From Aquificaceae bacterium (GTDB lineage Bacteria; Aquificota; Aquificia; Aquificales; Aquificaceae), in assembly GCA_041640635.1 (NCBI GenBank), contig JBEPZX010000006.1, positions 1-64,000 on the forward strand: a stretch of DNA of 64,000 nucleotides. Direction: 5' to 3'. The notes under the pieces were generated by a model that did no database searches, had not been told where the DNA came from, and was given only the letters and a program-made list of their open reading frames with translations. The position numbers were made by a program, and so were the translations under genes. Below, in pieces: positions 31,543-41,980 of this stretch (its first letter is position 1; each line of letters opens with the position of its first letter).

Positions 31543-33531
31543 TTAGGACTTTATGTACTCTAAAATACGACTTGCTATCTTTTCATCTGTAAATCCAAAG
31601 TAATCCATAACTACATCGCCAGGTGCGGATCGACCGTAAGACTCTTGTGAAATAACCAAGCCTTTTAAACCTACATACTTGTACCAAAAGTCACCTTTTG
31701 CAGACTCTATGGCTACCCTCTTTTCTACCTCACTTGGAAGCACATACTCTTTGTATGCTTCACCTTGCATATCAAAAACTTGTGTGCACACCATATTTAC
31801 AAGCCTTACCTTAATTCCTTTAGAAGACAGCAATTCACAAGCTTTTAAAGATGGATGTATTTCTGAACCGCTGGATATGAGTATCACATCAGGTGTGCCT
31901 TCACAGTCGTAAAGTATGTAAGCTCCCTTTCTTGCTTCCTTGTGGCTTGGATATCTGTTTCTATCTATAATTCCAAGTTTTTGTCTGCTTAAGATTATAG
32001 CCGTTGGTCCGTCCTTTCTCTCTATCGCCATCTCCCATGCTACGCTTACCTCGTTGGCATCAGCGGGTCTAATTACCCAGAGATTAGGTATAAGCCTCAA
32101 GGAAGAAAGTTGTTCCACCGGTTGATGAGTTGGTCCATCTTCCCCAAGCCCGATAGAATCGTGAGTAAATAGGTAAATTACTTGCAAATGAGACATGGCA
32201 GCCATTCTGATGGATGGTCTCATGTAATCGGAAAACACTAAAAAGGTTCCACCGTAAGGAAGTATACCACCATGGTAAGCCATGCCGTTTAGTATTGTCC
32301 CCATTGCGTGTTCCCTTACACCAAAGTGTATGTTTCTTGCACTTGGGTTTTCACCTGAGAAATCCCCTTTACCATGTAGATACGTATTGTTGGATTCTGA
32401 AAGGTCTGCTGAACCACCAAAGAGCACAGGTATGGCATCCGCTATAGCATTTAGAACCTTACCACTTGCTTGTCTGGTAGCCATAGCTTCGCTAAACACA
32501 GGAATTAGTTCTTTGTAGCTTTCCCCAAAGTTTTTATTGAAAGCTTTCATTAATTTTTCTGCTAGCTGAGGGTATTTTTGAGAGTATCTTTTAAACAGCT
32601 CGTCCCACTCCTTTTGAATTCTTTGACCTTTTTCTATAACGGAGTTCCTATACTCTATAACCTCTTGAGGAACGTAAAATTCCTCTTCCGACCAGTTGCT
32701 GTTTCTCTTTGTTTTTAAAGCGTTCTCTTTCCCCAAAGGTGCACCGTGAGCACTGGCATCGTCCTGCTTAGGACTGCCATAGGCTAGATGAGTTCTTACG
32801 GATATAAAGGATGGCTTTTCCTTTTGTTCCAAGGCTCTTTGTATAGCCTTCTCTATAGCTTCCAAGTTGTAACCATCTTCTACGTGTTGCACATACCACC
32901 CAAAAGCCTCAAAACGCTTTAAAACATCTTCCGACCAAGCCAAAGATGTAGGTCCATCTATGGATACTCCGTTGTTGTCCCATATAACTATAAGCTTGTT
33001 TAGTTTCCAGTGTCCTGCCAATTGAGCCACTTCACACGAAACACCTTCCATCAAATCCCCATCGCTCACCAAAGCAAAGGTATAGTGGTCTATTATCTGA
33101 AACTCTTCTCTGTTAAAGAGAGAAGCCAAATATTTCTCTGCCAAAGCCATACCAACTGCGTTACCTATTCCCTGTCCCAGAGGACCCGTAGTTGCTTCTA
33201 CACCCGGTGTCAAGCCAAACTCTGGATGACCAGGTGTTATGCTATTTAGCTGTCTAAAGTTCTTGATATCATCTAAGCTTATATCGTATCCCATTACGAA
33301 AAGCAAGGAGTAAAGCATTGCGCTTGCGTGTCCTGCAGACAGAACAAATCTGTCCCTGTTTATCCAATTGGGATTTTTTGGATTAAAGCGCAAAAACCTG
33401 TCAAAAATGATATAAGGAATATGGGAAGCGCCCAAAGGCATTCCTGGATGTCCCGATTTTGCCCTTTCTACAGCATCCAAACTTAAAAATCTTATAGTAT
33501 TTACTATCATCCAATCTCTTTCTTTGTTCAT
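31543..33531 (-). CDS. tkt: transketolase
   Basis: [33 protein letters not shown]. Confidence 0.97.
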   Translation of the reverse strand: MNKERDWMIVNTIRFLSLDAVERAKSGHPGMPLGASHIPYIIFDRFLRFNPKNPNWINRDRFVLSAGHASAMLYSLLFVMGYDISLDDIKNFRQLNSITPGHPEFGLTPGVEATTGPLGQGIGNAVGMALAEKYLASLFNREEFQIIDHYTFALVSDGDLMEGVSCEVAQLAGHWKLNKLIVIWDNNGVSIDGPTSLAWSEDVLKRFEAFGWYVQHVEDGYNLEAIEKAIQRALEQKEKPSFISVRTHLAYGSPKQDDASAHGAPLGKENALKTKRNSNWSEEEFYVPQEVIEYRNSVIEKGQRIQKEWDELFKRYSQKYPQLAEKLMKAFNKNFGESYKELIPVFSEAMATRQASGKVLNAIADAIPVLFGGSADLSESNNTYLHGKGDFSGENPSARNIHFGVREHAMGTILNGMAYHGGILPYGGTFLVFSDYMRPSIRMAAMSHLQVIYLFTHDSIGLGEDGPTHQPVEQLSSLRLIPNLWVIRPADANEVSVAWEMAIERKDGPTAIILSRQKLGIIDRNRYPSHKEARKGAYILYDCEGTPDVILISSGSEIHPSLKACELLSSKGIKVRLVNMVCTQVFDMQGEAYKEYVLPSEVEKRVAIESAKGDFWYKYVGLKGLVISQESYGRSAPGDVVMDYFGFTDEKIASRILEYIKS

Positions 33532-35804
33532 ACCTTTACGATCTCCTTTCTGAGATCTTTAGTCATCTCTACCATATTCTTAAGAGATGGAATTACTTCT
33601 TCCCACTTTCTTGTCTTTAGTCCACAATCGGGATTTACCCAAAGAATCTCTACTGGTAAAACACGCATACATCTTTCTATAACCATCTTCATCTCTTCCT
33701 TTTCTGGTATAGCTGGTGAGTGTATATCGTAAACACCTATACCTATTTGTCTGTCCCACTCCTTAAAGCTTTCAAAAGCTGATATGATTTCCCCTTTGCT
33801 TCTGGAAGCTTCTATAGAAATTACATCAAAGTCCATTTGGTATATATGCGCTATTATTTCGTTAAACTCCGAGTAACACATATGCGTGTGTATCTGTGTT
33901 TTTGCATCCGCTTTTGAGCAAAGCCTAAAAGCTTTTACAGCCCAAGAGAAGTAGTTTTCCCAGTCTCTTTTCTTTATAGGAGCACCCTCTCTAAAGGCTG
34001 GCTCATCTATTTGCACAATCTTTATACCTGCCTTTTCTAAATCTTTTACCTCGTCCAGTATAGCTAAAGCTATTTGGTATGCTATTTCGTCTTTTGGAAC
34101 ATCATCCCTGTAGTAACTCCAGTTGAGTATGGTAACTGGTCCAGTAAGCATTCCTTTAACTGGTTTTTGTGTGAGAGATTGAGCGTAAAGTATTTCCTTT
34201 AGAGTCATAGGTTCTACCCTAGAAACATCTCCATATATTATGGGTGGTCTGTATACTCTGGAACCATAAGAAAGTACCCAGCCGTGCTTCGTTGTTGCAA
34301 TTCCATCCAGTTTTTCTGCAAAGAACTCTACCATATCAGTTCTTTCAAACTCACCATGTACCAAAACATCAAGTCCTATTTCTTCCTGTATCTGTATAAC
34401 CTTTTGTATTTGTTCTCTTATAAAAGCTTCGTACTCTTCTTGCGAAATCTTTTGATTTCTATAGTCAGTTCTTTTTTTCCTAACTTCTTCAGTTTGAGGG
34501 AAAGATCCAATAGTGGTTGTAGGAAGAAGAGGGAGTTGAAGAATTTCTTGCTGAAGCTTAATCCTTTCTTGATAAGGAACGTCTCTTTGGAAATCCTTTT
34601 CTGTTAGAGCCTTGACCCTTTCCCTTACAACTGGATTTACTCCTATGTCTGCTTTAGAGAGCTTGTAACTCTCTTCTACGAGCCTTAAAGCGTTAGTATT
34701 TCCCTCAAAAGCTTCTTTTAACGTTGCCAGTTCTTGAAGCTTCTCTTTGGCAAAAGATAGTCTTTCTTTTAGTCCTTCAGGCAAAGCGTCTTCCACTTCT
34801 GCGGTTATTGGTAAATGGAACAATGGACACGAATTAGATATTACCAAGTCCTGAGTTACCTTAGCAAGCTCTTCCAAGAGATCCAACTTTTCTCTTAAGT
34901 TTGCCTTCCATACCTGCCTACCGTTTACAATACCTGCTATGAGAGCTTTACCTTTTGGAAAACCATGTTGCATTATATTTTTTAGGTTTTCTTGGTTGGA
35001 CACAAGGTCAAAGCACAGCCCTTTTACTGGAAGTTCTACATACCTTTGGTAATTGGAAACGCTGTCATAATAGGTAAGCACATAAATATCCAAAGCTGAG
35101 CTTAATTTTTTGTATATTTCAGAAACCAAGTCCCACTCCCAATGGTTGAGTTCCATAACTAAAGCAGGGTCTTCCATTATAACGCTTTGCGCACCAGCTT
35201 CAGCTAGTTCTCCAAGCACACGTTGGTACACAGGCAAAAGTTTTTCTATTATACTTTCCATATCCTCTTTGCTCTCTACTTTAGACATCTCAAAAATAGG
35301 TAATCCAGAACCATTTACCTTCTTGTAAGCCTTGGATAGTTTCAAAAAGGTAAAGGGAGCCACTAATTTAGGAAAGGTCTCAAATCCTTTTTCTTTGAGT
35401 CTTTTGTAAGATTGATGAGGGAAGTTTTCAAGAAGTTTAAAGTCTACCTTCTCTATTTCTGGAACTAAGTAATGGTAATTGGTGTTGAAGTATTTAGTCA
35501 TTTCTAAAGCATTTTTTCCTCTTGCCATTTGGAAGTATGTGTTCAATCCCTGGTATTCCCCGAATCTAGAAGGGATGGCACCAACCATTACAGCGGCATC
35601 TAACATAAAATCGTAAAAGGATAGTTCATTGGAAGGTTTCATATCTATGTAATTGGAATAAGTTTGTACAATTTGAGTTTCTAAGTTATACATACCTTCC
35701 AAGAATTCCTCTTGTGAAATTTTACCTTTCCAAAAGTTTTCAAGCAGACTTTTGAACTCTCTCTTTTCTCCTAATTTTGGATAACCATAGGCAAGTGTTT
35801 TCAT
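33528..35804 (-). CDS. metE: cobalamin-independent methionine synthase
   Basis: [44 protein letters not shown]. Confidence 0.97.
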   Translation of the reverse strand: MKTLAYGYPKLGEKREFKSLLENFWKGKISQEEFLEGMYNLETQIVQTYSNYIDMKPSNELSFYDFMLDAAVMVGAIPSRFGEYQGLNTYFQMARGKNALEMTKYFNTNYHYLVPEIEKVDFKLLENFPHQSYKRLKEKGFETFPKLVAPFTFLKLSKAYKKVNGSGLPIFEMSKVESKEDMESIIEKLLPVYQRVLGELAEAGAQSVIMEDPALVMELNHWEWDLVSEIYKKLSSALDIYVLTYYDSVSNYQRYVELPVKGLCFDLVSNQENLKNIMQHGFPKGKALIAGIVNGRQVWKANLREKLDLLEELAKVTQDLVISNSCPLFHLPITAEVEDALPEGLKERLSFAKEKLQELATLKEAFEGNTNALRLVEESYKLSKADIGVNPVVRERVKALTEKDFQRDVPYQERIKLQQEILQLPLLPTTTIGSFPQTEEVRKKRTDYRNQKISQEEYEAFIREQIQKVIQIQEEIGLDVLVHGEFERTDMVEFFAEKLDGIATTKHGWVLSYGSRVYRPPIIYGDVSRVEPMTLKEILYAQSLTQKPVKGMLTGPVTILNWSYYRDDVPKDEIAYQIALAILDEVKDLEKAGIKIVQIDEPAFREGAPIKKRDWENYFSWAVKAFRLCSKADAKTQIHTHMCYSEFNEIIAHIYQMDFDVISIEASRSKGEIISAFESFKEWDRQIGIGVYDIHSPAIPEKEEMKMVIERCMRVLPVEILWVNPDCGLKTRKWEEVIPSLKNMVEMTKDLRKEIVKV

Positions 35805-35877
35805 GGAGAACCTCCTTGCAATTAAGGTAATCTATATTTTAATTCAATCCAAGGAGTTTTCAAAAACAAAGTACTTC

Positions 35878-36657
35878 CTATTCTATAAAAAACACTTTTA
35901 GCGTGCTCTCTGCCTGTTTCAAGCTTTTCCTGTAAATTTGTTTGGCCATTTGCATACTCTCTTTCGAAGAACCTTTGGGTAAATTGCGCTCAAGTAGCCA
36001 TTTTAAAAACTCACTTCTTGCTATCATGCTTGCTACAGAAACACTTACATGTTCTTCTGCCTTATGCTCAAAAATTACAAAAGAACCAAAAGGGTTTGTG
36101 TGAGAATAAGCATCTACATATATTTTTGCCTTTTCGTAATCTTTCCTTAGCTCTTTTATAAGCTCCAAGTAAAGTTTATCCAATATTCTGTTGAGGTTAG
36201 GTATAGACTTATATAACTCATTTAGTTCTTTTGGTGGAATTATTTTGCATCTGTGATCTACTAACATTTGTAGTTGCTGAGCTTTCTTCAGCAGAACATT
36301 GTCGGCTAATTTTTTGGAGTCCTTTGGAGCTATTTCCAGCACTTTTACATAATTTTCTGGTTTAATAACTGCGCAACAAACCACCAAAGGTCCAAAAACA
36401 TCTCCTTTGCCTGCTTCATCACATCCTATCTCTATTTCATCAATAGGTTTTATCAATTCCAGTATTTTTTGATAAACCTCTTTTGTGTCTTTTTTATCAA
36501 CAGCCAATATACCTGAAGGATAGAGCGTGACTATTGTTCCACCTTTTTCGAAAGACCAAATGGAGTTTTTTATTTGTCTTGGGATGAATCCCATACCTTT
36601 TAGGGTGCTATATATGTTTTCCCAATCTTTTTTAGGTATTCTTAAGTGCTTCGACAT
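35878..36657 (-). CDS. rnhC: ribonuclease HIII
   Basis: IGCDEAGKGDVFGPL, DSKKL, SVASMIAR, LPKG; short N-terminal TBP-like segment. Confidence 0.88.
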   Translation of the reverse strand: MSKHLRIPKKDWENIYSTLKGMGFIPRQIKNSIWSFEKGGTIVTLYPSGILAVDKKDTKEVYQKILELIKPIDEIEIGCDEAGKGDVFGPLVVCCAVIKPENYVKVLEIAPKDSKKLADNVLLKKAQQLQMLVDHRCKIIPPKELNELYKSIPNLNRILDKLYLELIKELRKDYEKAKIYVDAYSHTNPFGSFVIFEHKAEEHVSVSVASMIARSEFLKWLLERNLPKGSSKESMQMAKQIYRKSLKQAESTLKVFFIE

Positions 36658-37553
36658 CTATTCAATTCTACCTTGATTAAGTATCTTATGATTATTTCCT
36701 CTCTATCCAGACACAGACAAGGATCTTCAAAGGGAATTGCATATGGAGATATTTCCAGTTTCTGTAACTCCTGAGAAGGCAAATTATCTGAGCCCCCTAG
36801 TTTAGCCAATGTTCCACTTCTCTTTCTTCCTAATGCTAAAGTGGTTGACAAACCAAAACCTAAAAGCTTTAGGGCTTTTCTCACAGGCAAGGCACTTGTA
36901 TAAGAAACCCAAATACCACTCTCATGCATAAGGTTTTTAATCCTTTCTAAAAAGTGGTAAGTCCAAAGCTCAGGATTTCTATAAGGAGAAAAACCATCGT
37001 GAAAAACCACGTGAGCACCGAAATTCTCAAGCTTTTGAATAGTCTCCCTTGCATCTCCCAAAAGCAGGTTAAAGTTTACACCATCCCAAGAAAAGGAAGG
37101 AAGAGAATCCAGTATTTTTTTATGTATCTCTGAAAAAGGCTCGGGAAGTATAGGTATACTTTCCAATACGTGTTTTTCAAATGAGTAAATTTCCACCTCA
37201 CAGTTGGGATTTTCTTTTTTTATAAACCCCAAGGCAACTGCTACGTTGTAACCAAGACCAAAACCTACATCGATTATATTTATAACCTTTTTCCTTTTCG
37301 CAAGCTCTTCTATACCAGAAGGTTTGATAAACTTTTCTATGGTTTCTTTAAGAGCTCCAGCGGTTATACTGTGATAAGGTTCCTTATACTCCTTGCTAAC
37401 AATAGTCCAACTTCCATCAAAGGTTAGCACTTTACCTTCCAGATTTACGGATGGTGCCGTTTTAGCAATAAACTCCTTTACTACTCTTTGCACCTGCTTT
37501 TCCTCCAACTTCACACCCAGCTTCTTGGATACCCTTTCCAAAACCTCTATCAT
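36642..37553 (-). CDS. mnmD: stand-alone tRNA mnm5s2U methyltransferase (MnmC2/MnmD type)
   Basis: YKEPYHS..GA..E...F, DVGFGLGYN, FHDGFSP..NPELW. Confidence 0.85.
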   Translation of the reverse strand: MIEVLERVSKKLGVKLEEKQVQRVVKEFIAKTAPSVNLEGKVLTFDGSWTIVSKEYKEPYHSITAGALKETIEKFIKPSGIEELAKRKKVINIIDVGFGLGYNVAVALGFIKKENPNCEVEIYSFEKHVLESIPILPEPFSEIHKKILDSLPSFSWDGVNFNLLLGDARETIQKLENFGAHVVFHDGFSPYRNPELWTYHFLERIKNLMHESGIWVSYTSALPVRKALKLLGFGLSTTLALGRKRSGTLAKLGGSDNLPSQELQKLEISPYAIPFEDPCLCLDREEIIIRYLIKVELNRCRST

Positions 37554-37568
37554 TAGATTTTTTAAATT

Positions 37569-38348
37569 ATGCTCCTTTTCTACAGACGTGGAGGACTTGG
37601 AGATACTTTGTTAACCTTTCCCATCCTTGAAAACTTAAAAAAGCTAAACAAAGAGATATTAGCAGTAGGAAATACAGATTACTTGGAAATTGCAAAAGAA
37701 ATAGGATGGGCTGACCAGATAGCAAGTGAAATTCCCCCTAATTGGCAAGGTGAAAAAATTATCGTATCCTTAGATGGAAATGTAAAACCTTTTCCAGAAA
37801 AAAGGGAATGGATTGTGGAGTATTACCTAAAAGGTCTTGGGCTCAGTCTTTCCTTTTCTTACACGTTACCTATAAAAGGTCTAAACAAAAGTCCTGTTGA
37901 AAACAAAGTGGTCTTACATCCAAGCAGTGGTTCAAAGAATAAGAATCCAAACCTTGAGCTTTTTTATAGAATAGAAAGTTTTTTAAAAAAAGAAGGACTA
38001 GACTACGTATACTTTATAGGTCCTGCAGATGAACACCTCAAAGGCTTGGTAAAACCTTACTGGGAAAGCTGTAAACCTTTAGAAGTTGCCAAAGCTTTGG
38101 TTAGTGCAAAACTATTTATTGGTTTAGATAGTGGCATTTCTCATCTGGCTTCTTACTGTGGTGTTCCTTGTTTTCTCTTTTACGGTCCCACAGATCATGT
38201 AGTTTGGAAACCCATAGGTAAGAAAACAAAAATTATTAGATTAAACCTGAGTTGTTCTCCCTGCTTTCCAAAGGTCTGCCAAGAAAAACATTGCCTTGAC
38301 GTAGATGCGCTTTTTAAAGGATTTCTATCAGTTTATAAAAATTCATAG
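37569..38348 (+). CDS. glycosyltransferase family 9 (LPS heptosyltransferase-like)
   Basis: GGLGDTLLT, HPSSGS, FIGLDSGISHLA, YGPT. Confidence 0.88.
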   Translation: MLLFYRRGGLGDTLLTFPILENLKKLNKEILAVGNTDYLEIAKEIGWADQIASEIPPNWQGEKIIVSLDGNVKPFPEKREWIVEYYLKGLGLSLSFSYTLPIKGLNKSPVENKVVLHPSSGSKNKNPNLELFYRIESFLKKEGLDYVYFIGPADEHLKGLVKPYWESCKPLEVAKALVSAKLFIGLDSGISHLASYCGVPCFLFYGPTDHVVWKPIGKKTKIIRLNLSCSPCFPKVCQEKHCLDVDALFKGFLSVYKNS

Positions 38349-38366
38349 AGACTATATTTATTAGTC

Positions 38367-39752
38367 ATGTTAGGAATATTAAGAAAGACAGCATTAGATA
38401 AACTTATAGAGGTTTTAGGTAAAAATAAAGTCAATACTTCCCTTGTAGAAAGAAAACTTTACTCTTACGATGCAACACCTATACCTATTCATAGAGAGGT
38501 CCCTATGGCTGTTGTTTTTCCGGAAACACACGAAGATGTAGAAAAGCTCGTTAAAGTTTGTTACCAAGAGGACATAGCCATGTTTCCCAGAGGAGCTGGT
38601 TCTGGACTTACGGGTGGAGCCGTTCCCACTACAAGCAAAGGCATAATTGTCTCTTTTGAAAAAATGACCAAGTTTCACATAGATGTAGATAACGCCACTG
38701 CTATAGTAGAACCTGGAGTTGTTACTTACGAACTCCAGCAGCATGTGGAAAAGTTGGGCTTGTTCTACCCACCAGATCCATCCTCCTTTAAATACTCCAC
38801 AATTGGTGGAAATATAGCGGAAAATGCAGGAGGCCCCAGATGTTTAAAGTATGGTGTCACACGTGAGTACGTTTTAGGGCTGACAGCGGTTATAAAAGAA
38901 GGCAAGACCTTAAAGACAGGTAATCCCGTTATAAAGGATGTGGCTGGATACGACATAACAAGACTTTTAGTAGGTTCAGAAGGCACGTTAGGTTTGGTAA
39001 CGTCAGCTGTTCTGAAGCTTATACCCAAACCTAAAGCTAGACTAACGGCGCTTGCAATTTTTAATGACTTAAAAAAAGTCGGAGAAGCTGTAACAAAAAT
39101 TATGACCTCTGGTATATTCCCTTCCGCTTTGGAGTTTATGGACAAGGATGCTATAGCTGCTGTAGAAAAATACAAATCTGTAGGTCTTCCCAACGCTGAG
39201 GCTTTACTTCTCATAGAAGTGGATGGCTCACCGGAAAGCGTAAAGAGTGATATCGCCTCCTTAGAATCTCTGCTAAAAGCTATGGGAGTTGAGATAAAAC
39301 TTTCAAATACTCAAGAGGAAGCAGAAAAGCTTTGGACAGCACGTAAAAATCTTGGTCCAGCTTTAGGTAACCTCAAATCTGGCAAAATAAACGAAGATAT
39401 AGTTATACCAAGAACTTATCTTGCAGAAGCTATACCAAAAATAAGAGAAATTGCAAAGGAATATGACCTTACTATGGTGATATTTGGTCACATCGGTGAT
39501 GGCAATTTGCATGTGAACTTCTTATACGATAAGAAAAACAAAGACGAAGAGCACAGAGCGGAAATGGCAGTGGATAAGGTTTTTGAACTTGCACTCTATT
39601 ATCACGGTTCTATAACAGGAGAGCATGGCGTAGGACTCACCAAGAAGAAGTTTTTAAGTTGGCAATTAAGAGATGTTGGTATGGATATTCTGAGAGGAAT
39701 AAAGCAGGTATTTGACCCCAAAAACCTGTTCAATCCTGGTAAAGTATTGTAA
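38367..39752 (+). CDS. GlcD/D-lactate dehydrogenase family FAD-linked oxidoreductase
   Basis: PRGAGSGLTGG, YPPDPSS, GSEGTLG, GHIGDGNLH, GEHGVG, NPGK. Confidence 0.92.
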   Translation: MLGILRKTALDKLIEVLGKNKVNTSLVERKLYSYDATPIPIHREVPMAVVFPETHEDVEKLVKVCYQEDIAMFPRGAGSGLTGGAVPTTSKGIIVSFEKMTKFHIDVDNATAIVEPGVVTYELQQHVEKLGLFYPPDPSSFKYSTIGGNIAENAGGPRCLKYGVTREYVLGLTAVIKEGKTLKTGNPVIKDVAGYDITRLLVGSEGTLGLVTSAVLKLIPKPKARLTALAIFNDLKKVGEAVTKIMTSGIFPSALEFMDKDAIAAVEKYKSVGLPNAEALLLIEVDGSPESVKSDIASLESLLKAMGVEIKLSNTQEEAEKLWTARKNLGPALGNLKSGKINEDIVIPRTYLAEAIPKIREIAKEYDLTMVIFGHIGDGNLHVNFLYDKKNKDEEHRAEMAVDKVFELALYYHGSITGEHGVGLTKKKFLSWQLRDVGMDILRGIKQVFDPKNLFNPGKVL

Positions 39753-39775
39753 AATTATTGTTGGGAGGTGAAAAA

Positions 39776-40621
39776 ATGGAATTTTTAGGAAAAAGTGATT
39801 CTCCTCTTACCTTTGACGAATGGGGATCTTTGGAATCAGCTATTATAGAAGTAGCAAAAAAGAGCTTAGTATGTAGAAGATTTATACCAGTTACTGGTCC
39901 TATAGGCGTAGGTCATCAGGTGGTAGCTTACGATGTTTATTACGGTGTAGAGCCCGGAAGTTGCGAAGTAAAACCTGGTGAAGAAGCTCAAAGTTGCGAA
40001 CCTGTAAGAGTTGGAACAAGAAAGTATGTAACTATGCCCACAATATATAAACCCTTTGCTATAACTTGGCGGGACTTAGAGTACTATAGACAATTTAACC
40101 TTCCTATAGATACATCTACAGCGGCAGCAGCAGCCTTTGCAACTGCCGTAGCGGAAGATAGCCTCATAATTCATGGTGACAAAAGATTGGAGATAGAAGG
40201 TCTATTAAGTGTGGATGGTCACCAAAGTATGTCTATGAGCGATTGGGATGTTGTAGGTAACGCTTTTGGGGATATATCTTTAGGTATAGCTAAATTATCG
40301 GAAGCAGGGTTCTTTGGTCCTTATTACTTACTGTTAAATCCAAAGGACTACTTTAAATTAAATAGAGCCTACCATAATACTGGACTCTTGGAAATTGAGC
40401 AAATAAAAAAGGTGGTTTCTGATGTTTTATACACACCAATAATGCCTCAAGGTCAGGCTGTACTACTTTCCTCTGGGCCTCAGAATATAGATATAGTAGT
40501 TGGTCTAGACATAAGCTTGGCTTATGTGGAAAGCTCCAATATGGTTCATTACTTTAGGGTGATGGAAATCGTTGTCCCACGGATAAAGCGCCCTGGCAGT
40601 ATTTTGGTGATTGGCAAATAA
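39776..40621 (+). CDS. Family 1 encapsulin shell protein (Linocin M18-like, HK97 fold)
   Basis: MEFLGKSDSPLTFDEW, LVCRRFIPVTGPIG, PTIYKPFAITWRDLE, AEDSLIIHG, GPYYLLLNP, DIVVGLDISLAY; GGGAGG RBS before ATG 39776. Confidence 0.92.
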   Translation: MEFLGKSDSPLTFDEWGSLESAIIEVAKKSLVCRRFIPVTGPIGVGHQVVAYDVYYGVEPGSCEVKPGEEAQSCEPVRVGTRKYVTMPTIYKPFAITWRDLEYYRQFNLPIDTSTAAAAAFATAVAEDSLIIHGDKRLEIEGLLSVDGHQSMSMSDWDVVGNAFGDISLGIAKLSEAGFFGPYYLLLNPKDYFKLNRAYHNTGLLEIEQIKKVVSDVLYTPIMPQGQAVLLSSGPQNIDIVVGLDISLAYVESSNMVHYFRVMEIVVPRIKRPGSILVIGK

Positions 40622-40624
40622 ATA

Positions 40625-40633
40625 TGTTATAAT
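40625..40633 (+). promoter_or_regulatory. extended -10 promoter upstream of ccsA
   Basis: TGTTATAAT followed by a leader with a GGGGG RBS. Confidence 0.55.
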
Positions 40634-40672
40634 TTAAATCATACTTTTTTCAAAAACCTTACGGGGGTAAGC

Positions 40673-41971
40673 ATGAATTTATACGAGTATGAAGCCTACG
40701 AAAAGATATTCAAAAAGTATGGGATACCTACACCGCGTTTTATGTTTGCAGATCACGTGAATGACGAAATAGTAAACTTTGTAAATCAATTGGGAACATG
40801 TGTTGTTAAATCGCAAGTTTTGGTCGGCAAAAGAGGAAAGGCAGGAGCAGTAAAAGTTTGCAAAACACCAGAAGAAGCAGTAGAAACTATTGAATCTCTT
40901 CTCCATTACCCCGTATACGGCGAAATGCCTGTAGGTGTTATAGTATCTGAAAAAGCGAACATACAAAAAGAGCTTTACGCTTCTATTACTTACTCTACAG
41001 AGGTAAGGGCTCCAGTTTTGACACTAAGTTTAGAGGGTGGAATGGATATAGAAGAAGTTCCACCTGAAAAAGTACGTTCATGGACTATAGATCCTCTCAA
41101 GGGTTTATATCCTCATATGGTTAGGAATTATCTTCTTGAGCTAAGTTTCCCCCAAGAATACATGGGTGTTCTTAGGGAATTATCCGAAGTTGTATCTAAT
41201 ATGTACAAAGCTTTCTGGGAAGCCGAAGCTAGGCTTTTAGAAATTAACCCTTTGGCTATATGTGACGTAAATGGTAAACAAAAGGTAATGGCTCTCGATG
41301 CCGTTGTAACTATAGATGACGATGCTTCTGTACCCCCTGCTAAGATATACGGTGTAAGAACGGCAATGAAGAGACCACCAACAGAAAGGGAAATTGAAGC
41401 TTCGCTTATAGACAGAGATGACCACAGAGGAAAGGCAGGTTCCTATGTAGAGGTTGATGGTGATATAGCTATGATGACTTTTGGAGGAGGAGGTTCTACT
41501 GTTACTATAGAAACTACCTATGCTATGGGACTAAAACCTGCCAACTTCACAGATATAGGAGGAAACCCTCCCGCTGAAAAGATGTATAAAATTACAAAAA
41601 TTATTCTTTCTAAACCTGGTATAAGAGGAGTGCTCGTTTGCGGAGGTACAGCAAACAATACACGTATAGATGTTACATTAGGTGAAGGTGTAGCCAATGC
41701 CATAAGGGATCTGTACAAAGAAGGAAAGCTAAACCCTGATTGGATATGGGTTGTAAGGAGAAATGGACCTGAAGCAGAAAAAGGGTTATACATGCTGTAT
41801 CAAGCGATGAAGGAATGCAATGTAAAAGCAGAAATATACGATTCTTCTTTGCCATTAACTGAAGCACCCATCAGACTAAAGGAGATTTTAGATAGGTGTG
41901 AATCAATAAAGGAGAAAGCTAGGGAAGATAGGCCTCTAACAGAAGAGCAAGCTAAAGACCTTGGCATATAG
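40673..41971 (+). CDS. ccsA: citryl-CoA synthetase large subunit (SucC-like, reverse TCA)
   Basis: SucC fold (MNLYEYEA, KSQVLVGKRGKAG, EINPL) with citrate-type GGTANNT loop rather than the SucC FGGI motif; Aquificaceae context. Confidence 0.82.
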   Translation: MNLYEYEAYEKIFKKYGIPTPRFMFADHVNDEIVNFVNQLGTCVVKSQVLVGKRGKAGAVKVCKTPEEAVETIESLLHYPVYGEMPVGVIVSEKANIQKELYASITYSTEVRAPVLTLSLEGGMDIEEVPPEKVRSWTIDPLKGLYPHMVRNYLLELSFPQEYMGVLRELSEVVSNMYKAFWEAEARLLEINPLAICDVNGKQKVMALDAVVTIDDDASVPPAKIYGVRTAMKRPPTEREIEASLIDRDDHRGKAGSYVEVDGDIAMMTFGGGGSTVTIETTYAMGLKPANFTDIGGNPPAEKMYKITKIILSKPGIRGVLVCGGTANNTRIDVTLGEGVANAIRDLYKEGKLNPDWIWVVRRNGPEAEKGLYMLYQAMKECNVKAEIYDSSLPLTEAPIRLKEILDRCESIKEKAREDRPLTEEQAKDLGI

Positions 41972-41980
41972 GAGGAAAGT

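Noticed and set aside
27687..35804. Apparently higher G/C at third codon positions as a horizontally acquired island
   Set aside because: Impression only and not quantified; the genes are housekeeping, with no integrase, flanking repeats or tRNA boundary.
35805..35877. SAM or cobalamin riboswitch upstream of metE
   Set aside because: Only 73 bp, AT-rich, no recognisable aptamer.
38367..39752. GlcD-like flavoenzyme as encapsulin cargo via a C-terminal peptide
   Set aside because: Ends at the normal family terminus NPGKVL with no extension; an N-terminal signal cannot be excluded but is unsupported.
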